DNA of 26,788 nt from an uncultured Janthinobacterium sp. (lineage in GTDB: Bacteria > Vulcanimicrobiota > Vulcanimicrobiia > Vulcanimicrobiales > Vulcanimicrobiaceae). The DNA is taken from NCBI GenBank assembly GCA_964658025.1, contig CAZZXB010000024.1, positions 1 to 26,788 on the forward strand. The letters run 5' to 3'. Positions 17,740 through 26,330 of the stretch are shown here, in pieces; the stretch's first letter is position 1; every line of letters starts with the position of its first letter. The notes under the pieces were generated by a model that saw only the letters and a program-made list of their open reading frames with translations, had not been told where the DNA came from and did not search any database. A program made the translations under genes and the position numbers.

Positions 17740-19217
17740 GCGCCGAAACCGCGGTCGCGATCGCGCGTTCGGTCAATGCCGGCGAGCGTTCGGCCGTCGA
17801 GATCGCGCGCGCGTATTCGGCGCGCGTCCGCGAGCGCGACGGCGCCATCGGGGCGTTTCTCGAACGGACGGCGGAACTCGCGCTCCGGCACGCGGAACGC
17901 GTCGACGAACGCGTCCGTGCGGGCGAATCGTTGCCGCTCGCGGGCGTCCCGCTCGCGGTGAAAGACAACATGTGCCTGACGGGCACGACGACGACGTGCG
18001 CGTCGAAGATCCTCGCGAACTGGACCGCGCCGTACACCGCGACCGCCGTCGCGCGGTTGCTCGACGCGGGCGCGATCCCGCTCGGCAAGACGAACCTCGA
18101 CGAGTTCGCGATGGGCTCGTCCTGCGAGAACAGCGCGCTCGGAACGACCCGCAACCCGTGGGATCTCGGTCGCGTTCCGGGCGGTTCCTCGGGCGGGAGC
18201 GTCGCGGCGGTCGCGGCGGAAGAAGCGGTGCTCGCGCTCGGGAGCGACACGGGCGGATCGATCCGCGAACCGGCGGCCTTCTGCGGCGTCGTCGGCTTCA
18301 AGCCGACCTACGGTCGCGTATCGCGCTACGGACTCATCGCGTTCGCCTCGAGTCTCGATCAGATCGGACCGATCGCGACGACGGTCGAAGACGCCGCGCT
18401 CTGTTACGACGTGATGGGCGGCCACGATCCGATGGACGCGACGTCGCTCGAGCGGCCGTTGGAAACCACGCACGACGACCTGCGTGCCGATCTGCGCGGC
18501 GTGCGGATCGGCATCGTCTCGGAATTCGGTCTCGGCGCACTCGACGCCGACGTCCGCGCGGTCTACGAACGCGCGTACGCCGATCTCGAGAAGCTCGGCG
18601 CGACGCTCGTCGAGGTCGCGTTGCCGACGGCGAAATACGGCGTGGCGACGTATTACCTGATCGCGCCCGCGGAGTGTTCGTCGAACCTCGCGCGCTTCGA
18701 CGGCATGCGCTACGGCCTGCGCGTCGAGGGCGCCGACATCGGCGAGACCTACGAACGGACGCGTGCCGCCGGCTTCGGCGACGAGGTAAAGCGTCGCATC
18801 CTCATCGGCACCTACGCGCTCTCGAGCGGCTACTACGACGCCTACTACGTACGCGCGCAGAAGGCGCGCACGCTCATCGCCGCGGATTTCGCGAAGGCGT
18901 TCGCGTCGTGCGACGCGATCGCGTGTCCGGCGGCGGCCTCGCCCGCATTCGAATTCGACGCGAAGGCGGATCCGGTCAGCATGTACTTGATGGACTACTA
19001 CACGATCCCGATGTCGCTCGCCGGTCTGCCGTCGCTCTCGGTTCCGTGCGGCTACGTGACGCCCCCCGGCGGGACGCCGCTCCCGCTCGGTCTCGAACTG
19101 AGCGGACCGCTCTACGCGGAGCGTTCGCTGCTCGGCATCGCGCACGCGTACGAGCGCGCGACGGAGCACGCGCGCCGGGCCTCGATCCCCGCGATCCCGA
19201 CGGCGGTCGGCACGTGA
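17736..19217 (+). CDS. gatA: Asp/Glu-tRNA amidotransferase subunit A
   Basis: KDN, GKTNLDEFAMGSS, PGGSSGGS, GSDTGGSIR, SSNLARFDG and EVKRRILIGTYALSSGYYDAYY. Confidence 0.97.
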   Translation: MSAETAVAIARSVNAGERSAVEIARAYSARVRERDGAIGAFLERTAELALRHAERVDERVRAGESLPLAGVPLAVKDNMCLTGTTTTCASKILANWTAPYTATAVARLLDAGAIPLGKTNLDEFAMGSSCENSALGTTRNPWDLGRVPGGSSGGSVAAVAAEEAVLALGSDTGGSIREPAAFCGVVGFKPTYGRVSRYGLIAFASSLDQIGPIATTVEDAALCYDVMGGHDPMDATSLERPLETTHDDLRADLRGVRIGIVSEFGLGALDADVRAVYERAYADLEKLGATLVEVALPTAKYGVATYYLIAPAECSSNLARFDGMRYGLRVEGADIGETYERTRAAGFGDEVKRRILIGTYALSSGYYDAYYVRAQKARTLIAADFAKAFASCDAIACPAAASPAFEFDAKADPVSMYLMDYYTIPMSLAGLPSLSVPCGYVTPPGGTPLPLGLELSGPLYAERSLLGIAHAYERATEHARRASIPAIPTAVGT

Positions 19218-20722
19218 GCGCGGCGGAAACGGCCGCGCGCCCGGCACTCCTGGTCGGCGGCGTGCCGTACGAGGCGGTGATGGGGATCGAATGTCACGTC
19301 GAACTCCGGACCGAGACGAAGATGTTCTGCGGTTGTCGTAACGTGTTCGGCGCGGAGCCGAACACGAACGTGTGCCCCGTGTGTCTCGGGATGCCGGGCG
19401 CGCTTCCGGTTCCGAACCGGCGCGCGCTCGAGTTACTCGTGCTCGCGGGACTCGCGTTCGGCGCGGAGATCCCGGCGTTCTCGAAGTTCGATCGGAAGAA
19501 TTACTTCTATCCGGACATGCCCAAGGATTATCAGATCTCGCAGTTCGACATGCCGCTCACGCAGGGCGGCGTCGTGCCGTTCTTCCTGCCCGACGGCACC
19601 GCGGGTTCGTGTCGTCTCACGCGCATCCATCTCGAAGAAGATACGGGCAAGTCGTCGCACGCGGGCTCGCGCGACGGGCGGATCGCGGGGAGCACGCACT
19701 CGCTCGTCGACTTCAATCGCGCGGGCGTCCCGCTCATGGAATGCGTCGGCGAGCCCGATATCCGCACGGCCGCCGAAGCCGTCGCGTATCTCGAAACGCT
19801 CAAGCGCACGTTCGTCGCGCTCGGCGTGAGCGACGTCAAGATGGAAGAAGGGTCGCTACGTTGCGACGTCAACCTCTCGCTCCGTCCGATCGGCGCGACG
19901 GCGTTCGGCACGCGGACCGAAACGAAGAACATGAATTCGTTCCGCTCGGTCGCGCGCGCGATCGAGAGCGAGATCGCGCGTCAGGCGGCGATCCTGGAAT
20001 CGGGCGGCCGCGTCGTTCAGGAGACGCGCGGATGGGACGAAGCGGCGGGCGAGACGCATCCGATGCGCAGTAAGGAACTCGCGCACGATTATCGGTACTT
20101 TCCCGATCCCGATCTCGCGCCGATCGTGTTCTCGCAGACCGACGTCGCGCGCATGCGCGACGATCTCGGCACGCTCCCGCACGCGCGGCTCGGGCGCTAC
20201 GTCGGCGACGACGGGCTCTCGCTCGTGCAGGCGATGCAGATCGTCGATACGCCCGGGCTCGCCGGGTTCTACGAATCGGCGCTCGCGCTCACGCGAAAGC
20301 CGCAAGCGACGGTGAACTTCGTGCTCGGCGATCTCTCGCGGCTCGCGAACGAGACGCGGACGCCCGTCGCGGAAGCGAAGCTCTCGCCCGCGCGTCTCGC
20401 AGAGATCGTCGCGGCCGTCGAAACGAAGACGATCAACTCGAAAACCGCGAAGGAATATGTCGAGCGCTTCTGGCTCGCGGACGACGACGCGCGTCCGTTC
20501 GCGGAACTCGTCGCGGCCGAAGGGCGCGGACAGGTGAGCGATACGGGCGCGATCGACGCGATCGTCGCGGAGGTGCTCGCCGCGAACGAGAAGACCGTCG
20601 CCGATTTCCGGGCGGGCAAGACGAAGGTGATGGGATTTCTCGTCGGTCAGGTGATGAAGCGGAGTCGCGGGACCGCGAATCCGCAACTCGCCGAAGCGCG
20701 CCTGCGCGCGGCGCTCGGGTAG
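19214..20722 (+). CDS. gatB: Asp/Glu-tRNA amidotransferase subunit B
   Basis: GIECHVEL, FDRKNYFYPDMPK.YQISQ, RIHLEEDTGK, EEGSLRCDVN, DYRYFPDPDL and GFLVGQVMK. GTG 19214 overlaps the gatA stop. Confidence 0.97.
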   Translation: MSAAETAARPALLVGGVPYEAVMGIECHVELRTETKMFCGCRNVFGAEPNTNVCPVCLGMPGALPVPNRRALELLVLAGLAFGAEIPAFSKFDRKNYFYPDMPKDYQISQFDMPLTQGGVVPFFLPDGTAGSCRLTRIHLEEDTGKSSHAGSRDGRIAGSTHSLVDFNRAGVPLMECVGEPDIRTAAEAVAYLETLKRTFVALGVSDVKMEEGSLRCDVNLSLRPIGATAFGTRTETKNMNSFRSVARAIESEIARQAAILESGGRVVQETRGWDEAAGETHPMRSKELAHDYRYFPDPDLAPIVFSQTDVARMRDDLGTLPHARLGRYVGDDGLSLVQAMQIVDTPGLAGFYESALALTRKPQATVNFVLGDLSRLANETRTPVAEAKLSPARLAEIVAAVETKTINSKTAKEYVERFWLADDDARPFAELVAAEGRGQVSDTGAIDAIVAEVLAANEKTVADFRAGKTKVMGFLVGQVMKRSRGTANPQLAEARLRAALG

Positions 20723-20741
20723 CGAGACGGAGTCTGTGGCC

Positions 20742-23135
20742 GTGAGCCGCCGGCTCGCCGACGAGCGCAGTCTCGACGTCCTCGACTTCGCGCGCGTCCG
20801 CGAGCGCCTCGCCGCGCAATGCGCGACCGATCGCGGCGCGACCCGCGCGCGCGAGCTCGTGCCGCTCGTCGATTTTCCGGCCGTGCGACGCGAGCAGGCC
20901 GCGACGACCGAGATGCGCGCGCTCGCGGGCGACGGTGCCTTCGCGCTCCCGCGCGTCCGCGAGACGGGCGACGCGATCGCCCGCGCGAAACGCGGCGGAA
21001 CGCTCGCGGGCGAGGATCTGCGCGATATCGGCGTCGCGCTCGCCGCTACGGACGCCGCGATGCGTCGCATCCGCGCGAGCGCCGCGCCGACGCTGCACGA
21101 CCGCTACCGCGACGCGGTCTCGCTCATCGACGTCGCGGCCGCGATCGATCGGGCGATCGGCGAACGCGGCGAGGTGCTCGACCGCGCGTCGCCCGCGCTC
21201 GCACGCATGCGGCGTAACGCCGCGCACGCGCAGGAAGACGCACGCGAACGCTGCGCGTCGATGCTCCGCGCGCCGAAGTACGCGAAGGCGATCCAAGACG
21301 CGATCGTCACCGTCCGCGACGGACGTTTCGTGATCCCCGTGAAGGCCGAATTCTCGGGGCTCGTCCCGGGCGTCGTGCACGATACGTCTTCGACGGGACA
21401 TACGCTCTTCGTCGAGCCGCTCGACGCGCTCGACGTCAATAACCGCCTGCGGACGCTCCGGCTCGAAGAGGAGCGCGAGGTCGCGCGCGTCCTCGCCGAG
21501 CTCTCGTCGCTTCTGGGCGCGAAGGCCGACCGCGCGGAAGAGAATCTCGACGTCCTCGGCGACGTCGACCTCGTCCTCGCGCGCGTCCGCGTCGCGCAGC
21601 AGATGGACGCGCTGCCGCCGGCGCTCGTCGATGCCGCGCACGTCGCGATCGTCGCCGGCCGGCATCCGCTCCTCGAGGCGCGCGCGATCCCGCAATCGTT
21701 CGCGCTCGACGACGACGCGCGCTTCATCGTGATCAGCGGTCCGAACATGGGCGGAAAGACGGTCGCGCTCAAGCTCTGCGGGCTCTTCGTCGCGATGGCG
21801 TATTGCGGCATGCAACTCCCGGCGCTCGAAGGGACGACGATCGGGGCGTTCGAGGATCTCGGTTGCGATATCGGCGACGAGCAATCGATCGCGGAGAACG
21901 CCTCGACCTTTTCCGCGCACCTGCGACGATTGCGGACGCTCGTCGATGCGGCGGGCCCCGCGTCGCTCGTGCTCGTCGACGAGATCGCGAGCGGAACGGA
22001 GCCCGCGGCGAGCGCCGCGCTCGCGCTCGCGATCGTCGAATTCTTGCTCGCCCGCGGCGCGCGCGGGATCGTGACGACGCATAGTACGGAACTGAAGCTC
22101 TTCGCGCACGCGACGCCCGGCGTCCGCAACGCGAACGTCCGATTCGATCCCGAGACCTACGCGCCCACGTACGAACTCGATCTCGGCTCGCCCGGCCAGT
22201 CGCTCGCGTTTCCGCTCGCGCGGACGCTCGGTCTCGATCCCGCGATCGTCGGTCGCGCCGAAGCGCTGCTCACGGAGAACGAACGCGACTACGATCGCGC
22301 GCTCGGCGAACTCGCCGTCATCCGCGCGCAGGCCGCGGCCGAGCGCGACGAACTCGTACGCGAGCGCGGACGTATCGCCGCGCTCGAAGCGAGCGCCCGC
22401 GAACGCAACGACGCGCTCGAACGCGAGCGCCGGACGCTCGCGTCGCAGGCCGGAGATCGGCTCGGCCGCGCGCTCCGCGAGTTCACGGCCGAACTCGAAC
22501 GTCGCGATCGCGATCGCGTGGGTCGGGCGAAAGTCACGTCGGGTCAGGCATCGCTACTCGGTCGCGTCCTCGAAGACGTCCACAAGGATCTCGGGATCCG
22601 CCCCGGGGATCGCGCGCCGTCTCGCGGCCCGCAGCAGCCGCATCCGATCGGCATCGGCGACCGCGTGTTCGTGGAAGCGCTCGGCAGCGAGGGCGAGGTC
22701 GTCGACGATTATGGGTCCGACGTGCTCGTGCAGATCGGTTCGATGCGGACGGTCGCCGCGAAGGCGACGCTACGCGTCTCGCGGCGCGCGCAACCGCGCG
22801 GGACGACGTCGCCCGCGACGGACGCTCGCGCGCGCGGCGGCCCACGCTCCGATGCGCGGATGGGCGAAGCGACGTTGCAAGCGGCGACCGCCGCGCGCAC
22901 CGAGCTCGACGTCCGCGGCAAGCGTTTCGTCGAAGCCGAACCGCTCGTCGACAAGTGGATCGACGAGTCGTCGCTCCTGGGCCTCTCGCCGCTCCGGCTC
23001 ATCCACGGCAAGGGCACGGGCTTACTCGGCCGCGGCTTACAACAATGGCTTCACGAACGCGTCGGCGTCCGCGAGATCCGTTACGGCAATGCGGACGAAG
23101 GCGGCGGCGGCGTCACGATCTTCGAACTCGGCTGA
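20742..23135 (+). CDS. mutS2: Endonuclease / ribosome-collision ATPase MutS2
   Basis: VHDTSSTGHTLFVEP, SGPNMGGKT, DIGDEQSI, STFSAH, DEIASGTEP and TTH, with KOW-like and C-terminal Smr (LDVRGKR...IHGKGTG...EGGGGVT) domains. Start 20742; alternative 20736. Confidence 0.95.
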   Translation: MSRRLADERSLDVLDFARVRERLAAQCATDRGATRARELVPLVDFPAVRREQAATTEMRALAGDGAFALPRVRETGDAIARAKRGGTLAGEDLRDIGVALAATDAAMRRIRASAAPTLHDRYRDAVSLIDVAAAIDRAIGERGEVLDRASPALARMRRNAAHAQEDARERCASMLRAPKYAKAIQDAIVTVRDGRFVIPVKAEFSGLVPGVVHDTSSTGHTLFVEPLDALDVNNRLRTLRLEEEREVARVLAELSSLLGAKADRAEENLDVLGDVDLVLARVRVAQQMDALPPALVDAAHVAIVAGRHPLLEARAIPQSFALDDDARFIVISGPNMGGKTVALKLCGLFVAMAYCGMQLPALEGTTIGAFEDLGCDIGDEQSIAENASTFSAHLRRLRTLVDAAGPASLVLVDEIASGTEPAASAALALAIVEFLLARGARGIVTTHSTELKLFAHATPGVRNANVRFDPETYAPTYELDLGSPGQSLAFPLARTLGLDPAIVGRAEALLTENERDYDRALGELAVIRAQAAAERDELVRERGRIAALEASARERNDALERERRTLASQAGDRLGRALREFTAELERRDRDRVGRAKVTSGQASLLGRVLEDVHKDLGIRPGDRAPSRGPQQPHPIGIGDRVFVEALGSEGEVVDDYGSDVLVQIGSMRTVAAKATLRVSRRAQPRGTTSPATDARARGGPRSDARMGEATLQAATAARTELDVRGKRFVEAEPLVDKWIDESSLLGLSPLRLIHGKGTGLLGRGLQQWLHERVGVREIRYGNADEGGGGVTIFELG

Positions 23136-23314
23136 TCGAGGCGCGCCGGACCACGCGCGATCGAGCCGACGCATCGGTCGAGCTTCGGTCAGATCGGGCC
23201 TCTCGTTCGCGCTCGCCGAGCGTCACGACCGGATGCGCGAACGCGATCGATCTCGCGGCCCGCGTTTATAGGGCAGGCAACCTGCGCGGAACGCACGAAC
23301 GGCCCGGAGTTCCC

Positions 23315-24532
23315 ATGGAGAAGACGTTGCCGACCCCGAAAGAACAGGCGCAGATTCTGACCGCCGGCTGTTCGCACGTCGAGACGGCGGCCGAACTCGA
23401 AGCGCGCGTCGCCTCGAAAGGGCGCCTGACCGTGAAATTCGGGATCGATCCGACCGGATCGTTCCTCCATCTCGGGCACGGCGTCGTGCTTCACAAGATG
23501 CAGCAGTTCGTCGAACTCGGGCATCGCGTGATCTTACTGATCGGCGATTTCACGGCGCGTATCGGCGATCCGACCGGTCGTAACGATACGCGGCCGCCGC
23601 TCACGGGCGACGACATCGCGCAGAACATGCGCGATTATCGCGAACAGGCGGGGGCGATCCTCGATCTCGAGCGCGTCGAGATCGCCTACAACTCGACGTG
23701 GCTCGGCAAGCTCGCGCTCGTCGACCTCATCGGGCTCATGTCGCAGATGACGGTCGCGCAGATGCTCGCGCGCAACGACTTCTCCGAACGCTACGAGCAA
23801 GGCGTCCCGATCGCGCTCCACGAGTTTCTCTATCCCATCGCACAGGCGTACGACAGCGTCGCGATGGCGAACGACGTCGAGCTCGGCGGGTCGGACCAGC
23901 TCTTCAACTTACTCGTCGCGCGCGAGTTCCAATTCCGTGCGGGTCAGCCGAAGCAGATCTGCATGACGACGCCGATCCTCGAGGGGACCGACGGCGTCGT
24001 GCGGATGGGAAAATCGCGCGGCAATTACGTCGGGCTCACCGAGCCCGCGGCGGAGCAGTTCGGCAAGCTCATGAGCATCCCGGACGAGATGATCGCGCGC
24101 TACGCCGAACTCGCCGATTTTCGCACGGAGCGCGACGTCGCGTCCTTGCGCGAGGCGCTCGAAAACGGCTCGCTGCATCCGATGGTCGCGAAAAAGGATC
24201 TCGCGTCGGCGATCGTCGCGCGCTATCACGGCACGGACGAAGCGACGCGCGCGCGCGAGCGATTCGAAGCGACCGTCCAGCGCGCCGAGGCGCCGACCGA
24301 TATGCCGGAAATCGACGCGGGCGACTGGCGTTCCGTCGCCGATGCGGTCGTCGCGTCGGGCTTCGCGAAAAGCAAGCGGGAGGCCGAACGTCTGATCACG
24401 GGCGGCGGCGTGAAGCTCGACGGCGTCGCCGTCGTCGATCCGCGTGCGGCGTGGGCGGTTTCCGGTCCCGTCGTCCTCTCCGTCGGCGCGCGCCGGTTCG
24501 TCCGGATCCTGCCGCGCACGTCCACCTCGTAA
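23315..24532 (+). CDS. tyrS: Tyrosine--tRNA ligase
   Basis: KFGIDPTGSFLHLGH, GDFTARIGDPTG, EFLYPIAQAYDS, GGSDQLFN, RMGKS and a C-terminal S4 domain. ATG 23315 follows GGAG. Confidence 0.96.
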   Translation: MEKTLPTPKEQAQILTAGCSHVETAAELEARVASKGRLTVKFGIDPTGSFLHLGHGVVLHKMQQFVELGHRVILLIGDFTARIGDPTGRNDTRPPLTGDDIAQNMRDYREQAGAILDLERVEIAYNSTWLGKLALVDLIGLMSQMTVAQMLARNDFSERYEQGVPIALHEFLYPIAQAYDSVAMANDVELGGSDQLFNLLVAREFQFRAGQPKQICMTTPILEGTDGVVRMGKSRGNYVGLTEPAAEQFGKLMSIPDEMIARYAELADFRTERDVASLREALENGSLHPMVAKKDLASAIVARYHGTDEATRARERFEATVQRAEAPTDMPEIDAGDWRSVADAVVASGFAKSKREAERLITGGGVKLDGVAVVDPRAAWAVSGPVVLSVGARRFVRILPRTSTS

Positions 24533-24570
24533 GTCCCGACGCTCGAAGAAAGAAAGAAGGCACAATCGCG

Positions 24571-24780
24571 ATGGCCCACCACGACAAGAAGTCCCCGCCG
24601 CCGATCACCTACACCGCGCGCGCTCCGATCGCCGGACACGCGCTGACGTGCTCGCGCTGTAAACGCGTCTATCCGTATCCGACGCCCGGCGCGGCCGCGA
24701 TCCGTTGCGAATGCGGTTGGCGCTACGAGAACGTCGACGGCGCGATCATGGAGGAGTTCCGCCCGCGGCTCGGCGTCTAG
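24571..24780 (+). CDS. Small hypothetical Cys4 (zinc-ribbon-like) protein, 69 aa
   Basis: ATG after a purine-rich AGAAAGAAGG tract. Contains CSRC-x15-CEC and fills the tyrS-hslO gap exactly. Confidence 0.7.
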   Translation: MAHHDKKSPPPITYTARAPIAGHALTCSRCKRVYPYPTPGAAAIRCECGWRYENVDGAIMEEFRPRLGV

Positions 24781-24784
24781 GGCG

Positions 24785-25678
24785 TCAACTCCGCACTTCG
24801 AGGCGATCGATGAGATCGCGGACGTCGTCGCTCGAGAGGACGTAGGCGCGTTTGCAGAATTCGCAGACGGCCTCGGTCTGCGGCTGCTCGTCCGCCATCT
24901 TCGCGAGTTCGTCGCGACCCAGACCCAACAGCGCGCGTTCGACGCGCTCGATCGAACACGTACACGTGTACGCGACCGCGTATTCGCGCGTGTAGCGCAC
25001 GTCGTCGTCGCCGACGAGCGCGCGCACGAGATCTTCGGCCGTCGCGCCCGCGTCGATCTGCGTCGTCACGGCGGCCATCGCGCCGGCGCGCCGCTCGAGA
25101 TCCGCGATCGCCGCGTCGTCGGCTCCCGGTAAGACCTGCGCGATGATCCCGCCCGAGGCTTTGATCCCGGCGGGATTCGCGAGGACGCCGAGCGCGACGA
25201 CGCTCGGGATCTGTTCGGAATCCATGAGGTAGCCCGCGATGTCGTCGCCGATCTCGCCGCTGCGCAACTCGACGATGCCGACGTACGGTTGGCCGACTTC
25301 GAACGATCGCGTCACTTGCAAGAAGCCCTTCCCGACCGCGCCGCCGACGTCGAACTTGCCGCGCGCGTTGAGCGGCACGTCGGCGTGCGGCGCGCGCGCG
25401 TAGCCGCGCGCGCCGATCTCGGTCGGCGAATTGAGTCCCGCGTCGGCGACGAGCCCGATGAGGGGACCGTCGCCCTTGATCTGCAACGTGAGTTTTTCGC
25501 GGCCCTTGAGGCTCGCGCCGAGCAGCGCCGCGCCCGTCACGAGTCGACCGACCGCGGCGCTCGCCGTCGGCGAGAGCGCGAGTCGCGACTGCGTCTCGCG
25601 GACGACGTCCGTCGTCACGCCGGCGACGACGGAGAACGTGCCGCGAGCGGCGGTTGCGGTGACGATCCGATCGGACAC
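24785..25678 (-). CDS. hslO: Hsp33 redox-regulated chaperone
   Basis: GRLVTGAALL, QIKGDGPL, SGEIGDDIAGYLMDSEQIPS, GGIIAQVLPG and the zinc-switch CTCS...CEFC. Confidence 0.95.
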   Translation of the reverse strand: MSDRIVTATAARGTFSVVAGVTTDVVRETQSRLALSPTASAAVGRLVTGAALLGASLKGREKLTLQIKGDGPLIGLVADAGLNSPTEIGARGYARAPHADVPLNARGKFDVGGAVGKGFLQVTRSFEVGQPYVGIVELRSGEIGDDIAGYLMDSEQIPSVVALGVLANPAGIKASGGIIAQVLPGADDAAIADLERRAGAMAAVTTQIDAGATAEDLVRALVGDDDVRYTREYAVAYTCTCSIERVERALLGLGRDELAKMADEQPQTEAVCEFCKRAYVLSSDDVRDLIDRLEVRS

Positions 25679-25728
25679 GCTTGCGCAGTTTCCGAGGGCG
25701 TGTCGGTTTCCTCCACGAACGGCGCGAC

Positions 25729-26160
25729 GTGCGCGTGCTCGTGATTCACGGTCCCAATCTCAACTTGCTCGGTATCCGCGAGCCCGAGATCTACGGCGCG
25801 ACGACGCTCGCGCAGATCGACGAGTCGTGTCGCACGCGAGCGAGCGCGCTCGGCATCGAGATCCGTTCCGTGCAGCACAATTCGGAGGGCGCCATCGTCG
25901 ACGAGCTCCACGCGGCGCGGACGGAGGCGGATGCGGTCGTGATCAACCCCGGCGCGTACGGGCATTACTCCTACGCGATCCGCGACGCGATCGCGGCGAT
26001 CGGCATTCCGACGATCGAAGTGCATCTCTCCAACGTCCACGCGCGCGAAGCGTTTCGCGCGAACAGCGTGATTTCGGCCGTCTGCCGCGGGACGATCGGC
26101 GGCTTCGGCGCCGCGTCCTACACGCTCGCCCTACAGGCGTTCGCGCTCGCGAGCGAATGA
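25729..26160 (+). CDS. aroQ: Type II 3-dehydroquinate dehydratase
   Basis: HGPNLNLLGIREPEIYG, NSEG, INPGAY.HYS.AIRDA and EVHLSNVHAREAFR. GTG start at 25729. Confidence 0.96.
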   Translation: MRVLVIHGPNLNLLGIREPEIYGATTLAQIDESCRTRASALGIEIRSVQHNSEGAIVDELHAARTEADAVVINPGAYGHYSYAIRDAIAAIGIPTIEVHLSNVHAREAFRANSVISAVCRGTIGGFGAASYTLALQAFALASE

Positions 26161-26330
26161 GGCGCAAACCCGCGTCACGCAAAGAGTTTTCGGGCGGCGG
26201 GCAGGAGGCCCCGTTTCGCCTGCCAATTACGACGCCGATACGAGCACGCGATTGATCATCGCGCCGTCGTCCATGCGGTTCGCGCCCCCACGCCTCTTCC
26301 TTAATCGCTTTTTACTTTGGAGATTGAACG

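Noticed and set aside
15954..19247. Long antisense ORFs (also 8464-10674, 13432-15843, 20433-22109)
   Set aside because: They mirror well-conserved sense genes. Stop-codon scarcity at high GC explains them and they show no recognisable motifs.
23136..23314. T-box riboswitch before tyrS
   Set aside because: No GGTGGNACCGCG T-box sequence, specifier stem or terminator/antiterminator pair is visible.
26161..26200. c-di-GMP-I riboswitch-like words GCAAACC...ACGCAAAG
   Set aside because: Only 6 nt separate the two words, leaving no room for the GNRA-capped P2 stem, and no P3 receptor is evident.
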